Virus record (IMG/VR): IMGVR_UViG_3300029319_000333 | Span: 1 to 29,417 of that record | Reading direction: 5' to 3' (one strand) | From: a virus | Lineage: Duplodnaviria; Caudoviricetes | DNA: 29,417 bases | Shown: in pieces, positions 19,715-26,287 of the stretch | Layout of the letters: each line of letters opens with the position of its first letter | Position numbering within the stretch: the first letter of the stretch is position 1 | Notes under the pieces: generated by a model | Seen by the model: only the letters and a program-made list of their open reading frames with translations | Told to the model about the DNA's origin: nothing | Database searches by the model: none | Made by a program: the position numbers and the translations under genes

Positions 19715-20377
19715 TCATGCGCCGAAGGCGAATATCTCGGCCTCGGATGCTCCGGACTGGGCTATCAGGTAAATCTCTCGCGGGACGTCTGCCCCGACCT
19801 GTCGGTCAGCAAACTCGCCAGGAAGAACCAGCCATCGACCAGGCTTGAGCAGGTGCTTGTTGTATCCCATTCGCAGGAACGTAGCGGTTGTGTCATTCGA
19901 GCTATCAGTTGGGGCCGTCGAGAAAGTCAGCTGGTTGTCGCTGTTCTTGGTGGCAATTAGGAAGCTGGTTCGGTTGTTGCTGTTCGATGCATTGTTCGAG
20001 TGAATGACTTCACCAGCCTCGCAGTTGGCGAAGCTATCACCGCTTGCTGCGTCGGTAAGTGTCTTTGCTGATGCAGCGAAGGTGACACCAGAGCCGCCGG
20101 GGTTCGCGATGGTTTCGAGTAAGGTGTACCAGATCACCATGATGTCGTTGGTTGTCCCACGATTCCGGATAGCCACCCCTGTCGTTGAGGGCATCTCTAA
20201 GCCGTAGAGATTGGAGAAGTCCACGCCCATGCCGGGGGTGGTGGGTACGGAGACTATGTGGTGGTAGTGCTCGGTGGGCGTTTCCGTCTGAGCACCACTG
20301 AGCGTCTTGGCGTATGGGTTCGAGTAATCAGAGTTTTCCGAGATAAGCCCTTGGACAACAATCTTTCCATACGCCAT
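19715..20377 (-). CDS. Hypothetical protein, virion-like S/T/N-rich composition
   Basis: 220 aa; GAGGAGAG RBS; 1 nt from terL start. Confidence 0.7.
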   Translation of the reverse strand: MAYGKIVVQGLISENSDYSNPYAKTLSGAQTETPTEHYHHIVSVPTTPGMGVDFSNLYGLEMPSTTGVAIRNRGTTNDIMVIWYTLLETIANPGGSGVTFAASAKTLTDAASGDSFANCEAGEVIHSNNASNSNNRTSFLIATKNSDNQLTFSTAPTDSSNDTTATFLRMGYNKHLLKPGRWLVLPGEFADRQVGADVPREIYLIAQSGASEAEIFAFGA

Positions 20378-20457
20378 CAGTCTCTCTCCTCGTTCTGCCG
20401 CTGCAACTCCTTGAGGAATGCAAGCACGGGATCATAGATTTTCTTCGCCAGCGCCAC
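20377..20457 (-). CDS. 26-aa micro-ORF (MALAKKIYDPVLAFLKELQRQNEERD)
   Basis: GTG 1 nt after the upstream TGA; its TGA overlaps the next ATG; fills the gap exactly; no clear RBS. Confidence 0.4.
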   Translation of the reverse strand: MALAKKIYDPVLAFLKELQRQNEERD

Positions 20458-20458
20458 T

Positions 20459-20845
20459 TCACTTGGCTCGCTGTCGCTTTCCTTTTCCGAACTCCAGGAT
20501 GTTTTCAAGTGTCTCCCCCTCCACCTTCGGCACCATATCATCAGCACGCTGCTTGTTCGACAACAAACCGCAGATGCGGGCCTCAAGCTCTACATACCTG
20601 AGTAACTCCTTTACCGGCTCGATGGAACCAACCCGCACCCCCTCCAGATACGCCTTCACACCCTCCGCCCGGTCAGCATCAGACCGATTGGGCATCGCCC
20701 GCACATCCACCACCCGCCAACCACGCTGCTCACGCAGCCACTGGACCACCACATCCGGAAGAACCTCAGCAATATACAGCGACTTAGGGCGCTCGTCCTC
20801 CGGCGCCACGGGCCAACTGCGCCATTTGTCCAGTCCATCGCTCAT
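20459..20845 (-). CDS. First late gene, candidate terminase small subunit
   Basis: 128 aa, helical C-half, AGGGG RBS; identity inferred from position only. Confidence 0.45.
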   Translation of the reverse strand: MSDGLDKWRSWPVAPEDERPKSLYIAEVLPDVVVQWLREQRGWRVVDVRAMPNRSDADRAEGVKAYLEGVRVGSIEPVKELLRYVELEARICGLLSNKQRADDMVPKVEGETLENILEFGKGKRQRAK

Positions 20846-20865
20846 CTCAACCCCTAAAGGACCCA

Positions 20866-20898
20866 GTCACGCGTGACATCTGCGTTATTCACGCGTGA
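20866..20898. promoter_or_regulatory. Tandem palindromic operators TCACGCGTGA
   Basis: GTCACGCGTGAC (20866-20877) and TCACGCGTGA (20889-20898), centres 22 bp apart. Confidence 0.65.
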
Positions 20899-20987
20899 CT
20901 AGGCCAAAAAACCGGCAAAACACAGAACTCTGTCAAGCATAATCGACTATACACCCCTGAGCAATAACAGGGACTTAGAAAAAAGAT

Positions 20988-21017
20988 TTGACTCGGGTAC
21001 AAAATACCCCGTACTCT
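20988..21017 (+). promoter_or_regulatory. Possible sigma70 promoter
   Basis: TTGACT-N18-TACTCT preceded by an A-tract; palindromic spacer CGGGTA...TACCCCG. Confidence 0.35.
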
Positions 21018-21207
21018 TCGCGTATCCCCCCTCAGAGTACAAAGCGGCCCCAGATGGTACCAAGGGTCACCCCTCTAAGATAAACACGTCAGGCTCTGCT
21101 CTGCTACGCTCCACGGTGTCTAACAGGGTGTACCTAGTTTCAAACGATTTCGTGTGCAAAGGGGTGTTGTTTGCCTAGATGGTACCGTGTACGCCCTGCA
21201 CCCACAG

Positions 21208-21520
21208 GTACCTTACACCGCGCGCGCCCGCGTGCGCTCGCGTACACGCGCGCGTGTTAGTATCCCGCGCGTACACGCGTGCGGTATGTAGTACACTGGG
21301 GGGGGGAGTTCCGGCAATCGTGGAAAGCGCGGCTTTGGAATTCCCCAACGATTCCCCCGGTTTACCATCGGCACCACCCGTACCCCCGAAACAAGCTCAG
21401 CGTACACGCGCACTTGCGCGCACGTCGCACGCACGCCCGCGCGCACACACGCGTCACGCACGCACACGCACCGCGCGTCCGTGCGCATGCCCGCGTCACG
21501 CGCCCGCACACGCGTTGCCA
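21208..21520. repeat. Alternating purine-pyrimidine (CG/CA) low-complexity tracts
   Basis: No purine-purine step on + over 21400-21520 or 21208-21259; GCGTACACGCG occurs three times. Confidence 0.85.
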
Positions 21521-21531
21521 ACCCCGTGCCA
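21516..21531 (-). promoter_or_regulatory. Possible leftward sigma54 promoter
   Basis: TGGCACGGGGTTGGCA = GG-N10-GC with perfect TGGCAC. Confidence 0.4.
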
Positions 21532-21569
21532 TGTGACCAGCCGGTCAGAAACACAAGCCGTGCCAACTG

Positions 21570-21619
21570 GTGCGAATTGCATTACGCACTTTGGGCATAG
21601 TGCGCACTGGTTTACGCAC
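21570..21619. promoter_or_regulatory. Two palindromic enhancer-like sites GTGCG-N10-CGCAC
   Basis: 21570-21589 and 21600-21619, 30 bp apart, both containing TTACGCAC followed by TTT. Confidence 0.6.
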
Positions 21620-21691
21620 TTTTCTGGGTATTCTGTTTCGCACTGAACATATTCCCAGTGCAATTTCATTGGGTTTTTTCGCTGGTCAGTT

Positions 21692-21708
21692 TTGGCATCG
21701 GCCCTGCA
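21692..21708 (+). promoter_or_regulatory. sigma54 (-24/-12) promoter for the early arm
   Basis: TTGGCATCGGCCCTGCA: GG(21694-5)-N10-GC(21706-7). Confidence 0.6.
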
Positions 21709-21719
21709 TAGTCTCCAGT

Positions 21720-22246
21720 GTACCGCGACTCCGGGAATGACCGGATGATGCCTAACTACTCACCCAACTCCCCTGCGGGGGGTTTAACGGGCTGGTTGTC
21801 TCAGGGAACGTGATTTCGCGTACTGGGGCACAGAGGATACGGCAAGGGGGCCCTATAAGTCCCCCCGCGTACATAGGTACGACGGAAACGCGATTTTTCA
21901 ACGTACTGGTTCTAGCTATATGGCCCCCTTGTTCGGGGTCCCCGCGTCCACATGCGCTTGGCCCCTGTTGGGTCTATGGTGGACGATTCACGGGTTCACG
22001 TGTGGACGGATTTGGTTTTCCCGTCCTTGATAGCTAGAACCCATGCGTGCGTCTCTTTGCGCACCGTGTCAAGCTCGAAGGTTGACCTCTTGTGGCATGA
22101 ATACCCACACGGGCGATGAAAACGAGACAGAAGGTATGTTAGAAGCTAACCGGGGGATATCTCCTCCTGACACGGCTGCGGTGACACTTAGGGACAGCGC
22201 ATGCAATCCAACCCAGGCCCCTGGGTTGGCTCATAGATTGTGTGAC
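21720..22246 (+). ncRNA. Candidate large structured RNA/leader of unknown family
   Basis: Many helices with G-U pairs, e.g. 21842-52/21922-32, 21908-19/22030-41 (12 bp perfect, crossing), 21945-51/21979-85, 22004-09/22021-26, 22064-71/22168-75, 22208-16/22221-29; no credible ORF. Confidence 0.55.
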
Positions 22247-22262
22247 AGAACAGGAACGCGAC

Positions 22263-22487
22263 ATGGGCTATATGCACAAGCGACCTGTGTCTTCATGGCA
22301 CGGTCATACCGCACAGGCCAGGCTTCTTCGGAAGTCTAAGCTAGTCCCTATCTCACTCTTACACCGCCGCAGTCGGGTGACCAAGGTCTACCCGACTACT
22401 GTACAACTCAAGAATGGCGAAGTCTGGAAAGTCACAAAACAGACCAACGCCGAAGGTCATCCTTTGATGAAGAAAGTCACCAAGTAA
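22263..22487 (+). CDS. Small highly basic protein (74 aa), possibly nucleic-acid-binding
   Basis: AGGA RBS before ATG 22263; 16 K/R versus 2 acidic residues. Confidence 0.65.
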   Translation: MGYMHKRPVSSWHGHTAQARLLRKSKLVPISLLHRRSRVTKVYPTTVQLKNGEVWKVTKQTNAEGHPLMKKVTK

Positions 22488-22639
22488 CATATACCGTCGC
22501 ACAATCTGTGAGCTGCCCCAGGGGTTATACTGGGCTGGCTTGACGATTCCCATATATCCCGCGCTGCCTAGGATGCCATAGCGGCACAAACACTTATGCA
22601 TTGCGTGAACGGGTCCCTGTGGGGTCGTCTCTAAGCCTG

Positions 22640-22736
22640 CCTAGTACTGGGTTGGCTACTCAGTATGGTGGGCATAGCCAGTCTTTTAGGCTAAACACAG
22701 TCAGCCCGCCATACTGAGCAGCCAATCCAGGCTGGG
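22640..22736 (+). promoter_or_regulatory. Long RNA hairpin (27-33 bp), RNase III-site-like
   Basis: 22647-22673 pairs with 22704-22730 (2 G-U, 1 A-C); inner TAGCC/GGCTA hairpin. Confidence 0.7.
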
Positions 22737-22744
22737 AAGGAAAC

Positions 22745-23710
22745 GTGACAAGCATGAGCATCCAACTCATTACACCAGAAAAGCAGTGCAATAAATTCCC
22801 TGAACTCAACCGGGAGTTAATCACTATGCCGATCGCTCAGAGTGTGGACATTCTGGCCCGGCAAAGCGAGGACCCGCGAATCAGGGAAAAGTTCTTAGAG
22901 TCTGAAGTGGTCGAGAGCGACGACTTCAGCATGGTGATGTGGGCCGACACCAAAGAGGTGATCGGCGTCAACAGTGCCAAGTACAGGCTTGTCCATCATG
23001 CCGACGTTGCCAACATGGCAGTGGAGACAGTGGAGAAGCTAACGGGATACACTCCAGACTGGTCTTACCATAAGATTGGCAGCAAGGGTGAAGGCCTGGA
23101 TAGCATCGCTATCCACATGGACTGCCCTGGCTTCAAACCCATCCGGGTAAACAATAGTCAGTGGCTCGATGGAGACACCAACTACAAGCCGGAGGTGGGA
23201 GACCTGACAAATCTGAAGTTCTTTCTGCGGAATGGGCTAACTGGTGGCTCTTTGATTGAAGCGTGTGCTCGATTGATGCGCCTATGGTGTGCCAATGGAG
23301 CCCAGACGCCACATGAGATCGGCCACTACAAGCACAAGCATACCGCCGGGCTGGACATTGACCGACTGGCGCAAAGCTTTGACCAGATGACTCATAACTC
23401 TCGGAAGCTTCCGGCGGTGTTCAACCACTGGAACGCTACGAAGTTAGACGCATCTGAGATCGAGAAGCTTGCTAATAGTCTAGAGGAGGCAAAGGTGAGC
23501 AAGTATCACCTTAAAGGCTTCCGTGACGCAGTCTCACGCGGTGGTTATATGACCAAGTGGGCGGCGTTCAACAAGATCACCAATCGGGCAACTCACCACG
23601 CACCAAGCATCAAGAACCAGATTGCTTTCGATAAGATTATCTCGAAAGTGTTCTGGAGCGACGATGAGACCAAAGAACTGCTGAACAACAACCTTGTTCT
23701 AGCGGCATAA
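22745..23710 (+). CDS. DUF932/DUF945-family protein (start may be ATG 22754)
   Basis: IGVNSAKYRLVHH, LRNGLTGG...RLWCANG, HKHT, TKWAAFNKIT match the family motif pattern. Confidence 0.8.
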   Translation: MTSMSIQLITPEKQCNKFPELNRELITMPIAQSVDILARQSEDPRIREKFLESEVVESDDFSMVMWADTKEVIGVNSAKYRLVHHADVANMAVETVEKLTGYTPDWSYHKIGSKGEGLDSIAIHMDCPGFKPIRVNNSQWLDGDTNYKPEVGDLTNLKFFLRNGLTGGSLIEACARLMRLWCANGAQTPHEIGHYKHKHTAGLDIDRLAQSFDQMTHNSRKLPAVFNHWNATKLDASEIEKLANSLEEAKVSKYHLKGFRDAVSRGGYMTKWAAFNKITNRATHHAPSIKNQIAFDKIISKVFWSDDETKELLNNNLVLAA

Positions 23711-23715
23711 TGTGA

Positions 23716-23737
23716 GCGGCCCCCGCAGGGGGGCCGC
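23716..23737 (+). other. Strong GC hairpin after DUF932 (no U-tract)
   Basis: GCGGCCCCC-GCAG-GGGGGCCGC. Confidence 0.7.
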
Positions 23738-23759
23738 AGCACGTTTCCAACCAGCCAAA

Positions 23760-24070
23760 ACAAATCGCATAGTGAACCGTAGGCCCATAACGGGCTGAGT
23801 GACGTGGGTGAATTCTGCCATCGCAATACAGGTGGCCACTGTGCCTGCTGCAACGGGCCAAGTTAGCCGCGACGTTGACGGATTGCAGTCCGAAGGCGGG
23901 GAGCCCAGGTGAAACAGGCTGAAGCCTGGGGTCCTGCTGTGCATAATCGAAGACTTACCTCCTGGCAGCTTAACTGCTGCACGAGGTAATTGGGCAAAGC
24001 CCACAGGGATATCTGGTCAGCATATCCCCGCTGAATGGCGATCCGGGGCCTAGGACCCGAGCTGGCCACA
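23760..24070 (+). ncRNA. Second candidate structured RNA (multibranch)
   Basis: Closing helix GTGGCCA/TGGCCAC (23832-38/24063-69) encloses hairpins 23879-92, 23896-937, 23955-89, 23991-24003, 24006-28. Confidence 0.5.
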
Positions 24071-24099
24071 ATCGACTCTCAAAACAGGAGGAGCCAGTT

Positions 24100-24450
24100 A
24101 TGACTGATGAAGATGTGCATGTGCTTAACCTGCTACGCCACCGCGTTATGCAGTGCTCAAAAGGCATAAAAGAATTCGAAGGCTTGGACGGAGGACCATA
24201 CGACAGTCACATAGCAATCACTCTTAGTCAAAGGGAGTTTCTTGTGGAGAAAAGAAGCAGAGCACTGTACGCGATGCTTCTGATGAATACATGCGACGGG
24301 GTCGATGGGGCTATACGGCATTTGCGTGAAAAGATAAGCGCCGACGCTGACGACATGCACTTAAAGCATACGCTTGACGATCTACTGCGCTCCAAGCAGG
24401 CAGTGTTTATACACAAGGCATTCCAAGCAAAGGAGCCCGGTGATGACTGA
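24100..24450 (+). CDS. Hypothetical early protein
   Basis: 116 aa; AGGAGG RBS. Confidence 0.75.
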   Translation: MTDEDVHVLNLLRHRVMQCSKGIKEFEGLDGGPYDSHIAITLSQREFLVEKRSRALYAMLLMNTCDGVDGAIRHLREKISADADDMHLKHTLDDLLRSKQAVFIHKAFQAKEPGDD

Positions 24451-24694
24451 AGACCATGGATGGGACATCGACCCAGACGACGACGACTTCGTCGCACAGT
24501 GCGACTGCAAGCCAGTGTGCAGTACCTATTTGTGTACTGGATGCAAAGAGCGCAAGCCCTTCTGTAATGGCGGGGCTGATGACTATCCCGACCTATGCGA
24601 TGAGTGTTGGAAGGATGAGCAGTCGATGAGGTGTGGATGCTCCGACTGGGGGTGCCCTTGTGACGGTCCCAAAACGGGATACATGGGAGGATGA
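24443..24694 (+). CDS. Cys-rich small protein (83 aa, 12 Cys), likely metal-binding
   Basis: Start re-called to ATG 24443 after AAGGAG; three CxC and two CxxC motifs. Confidence 0.7.
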   Translation: MTEDHGWDIDPDDDDFVAQCDCKPVCSTYLCTGCKERKPFCNGGADDYPDLCDECWKDEQSMRCGCSDWGCPCDGPKTGYMGG

Positions 24695-24695
24695 T

Positions 24696-24905
24696 ATGGG
24701 TCCACTGTACATAAAGGCCAAACACAAGGACGCAAAGCGATACAGCAGAATGGGCAGAGGGATTGGGGGATTCGACATGATCGTGACGAATGTCATCTTC
24801 TGTGTTTTCTATCCAGAGGAGGATATCGAAAGGGTAAGGGAGCTGATTGAGGAGTTTCGCTCCTTAAACCCTGACTACCGATTTAAACTAGCAAGGAGAA
24901 AGTAG
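24696..24905 (+). CDS. Hypothetical protein (69 aa)
   Basis: Start re-called to ATG 24696 after GGAGG. Confidence 0.7.
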   Translation: MGPLYIKAKHKDAKRYSRMGRGIGGFDMIVTNVIFCVFYPEEDIERVRELIEEFRSLNPDYRFKLARRK

Positions 24906-24920
24906 GAAAGGAAAAACCGG

Positions 24921-25700
24921 ATGGAAACGCGACAAGCCATCAACAAGAACGGGGTCATCCTATACAGGGGGCCCAGCCTTATCGATGGCAAGCCCATCGT
25001 CGTCATTGCGACAGGCCTCAAGCGTAAGAGCAAGAACGCCAAGACCAATGACATGATTCAAACATGGATCCTTCGTGACGACGTTCACCCGAAGGATGCC
25101 ATATACAATGGCGAGGATGCATCTATATGCGGCGACTGCCCGCATAGAGTAAGAGAGCATGCTGAGCCCAACTATCTGACCAAGCTGATACGCACCTGCT
25201 ACGTCAACATGAGGACACCCATCACAATATGGAATTGCCTCAAGCGTGGCGGCTACGAGGAGGCAACGGTCGAGCATGTGCGTGCCATACGCAAGAGGCA
25301 TGTCAGGCTGGGGTCATACGGCGACCCGGCTGCCGTACCCTTTGGGGTGTGGAAGCTGATCAAGCCAGCCAAGGACCGACACAGAACAGGCTACACCCAC
25401 CAGTGGGACTGGCCTGGCGTCGATGCCAGACTGAAGCAGTTGTGCATGGCTTCGGCTGACAGCGAGCAAGAGCGAGAGCGGGCACAGGCACAGGGCTGGC
25501 GTACCTTCGAGGTTCGTCCGCTGGGTGCCGATGCCCCTGAGCGTGGGTTTCAGTGTCCGAGTGATCCGGCACTAGACACACACAAGAGCTGCGAGGACTG
25601 TGGCGCATGCCATGGTGCCCCGCGTGGAGTCAAAGCGAGTCCATGGATTTATGCCCATGGACCAAGCAAAAAAAGAGTAGGGCTTAACATCCTACAATGA
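24921..25700 (+). CDS. Phage Cys-rich putative Fe-S / radical-SAM-like (GP88-related) protein
   Basis: ICGDCPHR...CYV, VRLGSYGDPAAVP, TGYTHQW, CP...CEDCGAC...HG; fold assignment is inference. Confidence 0.55.
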   Translation: METRQAINKNGVILYRGPSLIDGKPIVVIATGLKRKSKNAKTNDMIQTWILRDDVHPKDAIYNGEDASICGDCPHRVREHAEPNYLTKLIRTCYVNMRTPITIWNCLKRGGYEEATVEHVRAIRKRHVRLGSYGDPAAVPFGVWKLIKPAKDRHRTGYTHQWDWPGVDARLKQLCMASADSEQERERAQAQGWRTFEVRPLGADAPERGFQCPSDPALDTHKSCEDCGACHGAPRGVKASPWIYAHGPSKKRVGLNILQ

Positions 25701-25711
25701 GGAGACGCGAC

Positions 25712-26287
25712 ATGGATTTGAGCGATGTAATTGATGAGATGGAGGAAGCTAGCAGCAGAGCGGATGAGGCCAAGGACCTCGCCGAGAGCGCCGTAGACCA
25801 GCTTAAGGACAAGCTGGAAGAGATCAACCAGCTCAACAATGACTGGCGAGAGTACCTCGACGAGCACGTACACGAAGGAGACATTGCCGAGTACGTCATC
25901 AACAATTGCGGGAACGCGGCGCTCAATGCCATTGGCGGGCAGTCGCTAATCTACAAGCAGAAGAAGCTGGAGTCCGAGCAGGTACAGGCAGTGTACTGGG
26001 AAGAAGTGGAGGCCAACCGACTGGCGCGGGCTCTGATGGAGGCTGCGTTCTTGGCGGAGGCTAAGAGCCAGACCAAGTGGGTCAAGCCCTTGCTGGACAA
26101 GTTTGAGCAGGACAAGGTCAACGCCCACTTCGCTGAGTCACTGAAGACCGACCTGGCCGAAGGGCTCAGGCGTGCCGATGAGGCTGATGCCAGGTTCGCA
26201 AGACAACAAAAGATCGACGAGCTGTGGCTGCGAATGAAGCAGGTGCAGTCTGAGATTGAAGGGCTGAGAGGAGACGCGAATGAGTGA
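25712..26287 (+). CDS. Acidic coiled-coil hypothetical protein
   Basis: Start re-called to ATG 25712 after GAGGAG; 191 aa. Confidence 0.75.
   Translation: MDLSDVIDEMEEASSRADEAKDLAESAVDQLKDKLEEINQLNNDWREYLDEHVHEGDIAEYVINNCGNAALNAIGGQSLIYKQKKLESEQVQAVYWEEVEANRLARALMEAAFLAEAKSQTKWVKPLLDKFEQDKVNAHFAESLKTDLAEGLRRADEADARFARQQKIDELWLRMKQVQSEIEGLRGDANE

Noticed and set aside
25-20876. Many plus-strand ORFs antisense to late genes (e.g. 18778-19440) and minus-strand ORFs in the early arm (e.g. 26166-26888)
   Set aside because: Shadow frames of well-supported genes, without RBS or recognisable motifs
21179-21646. ORFs of 85-155 aa across the CG/CA tract
   Set aside because: R/A/H/T/C/V low-complexity translations on both strands arise because the tract lacks stop codons; no RBS
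21810-22339. 75-aa and 98-aa plus-strand ORFs in the leader
   Set aside because: No convincing RBS and non-protein-like composition; the region is better explained by base pairing
23716-23750. Intrinsic terminator after DUF932
   Set aside because: Strong stem but no adjacent U-tract; kept only as a hairpin
23800-23970. Cobalamin riboswitch (GCCACTG) or U1-like ACTTACCT
   Set aside because: Other B12 elements (GGGAA, B12 box) are missing; the U1-like 8-mer is one arm of a local hairpin and likely coincidental
21720-24070. tRNA, tmRNA, group I/II intron or hammerhead ribozyme
   Set aside because: No T-loop GTTCRA with CCA end, no group II domain V, no group I P7 consensus and no complete CTGATGA/GAAA core found by eye
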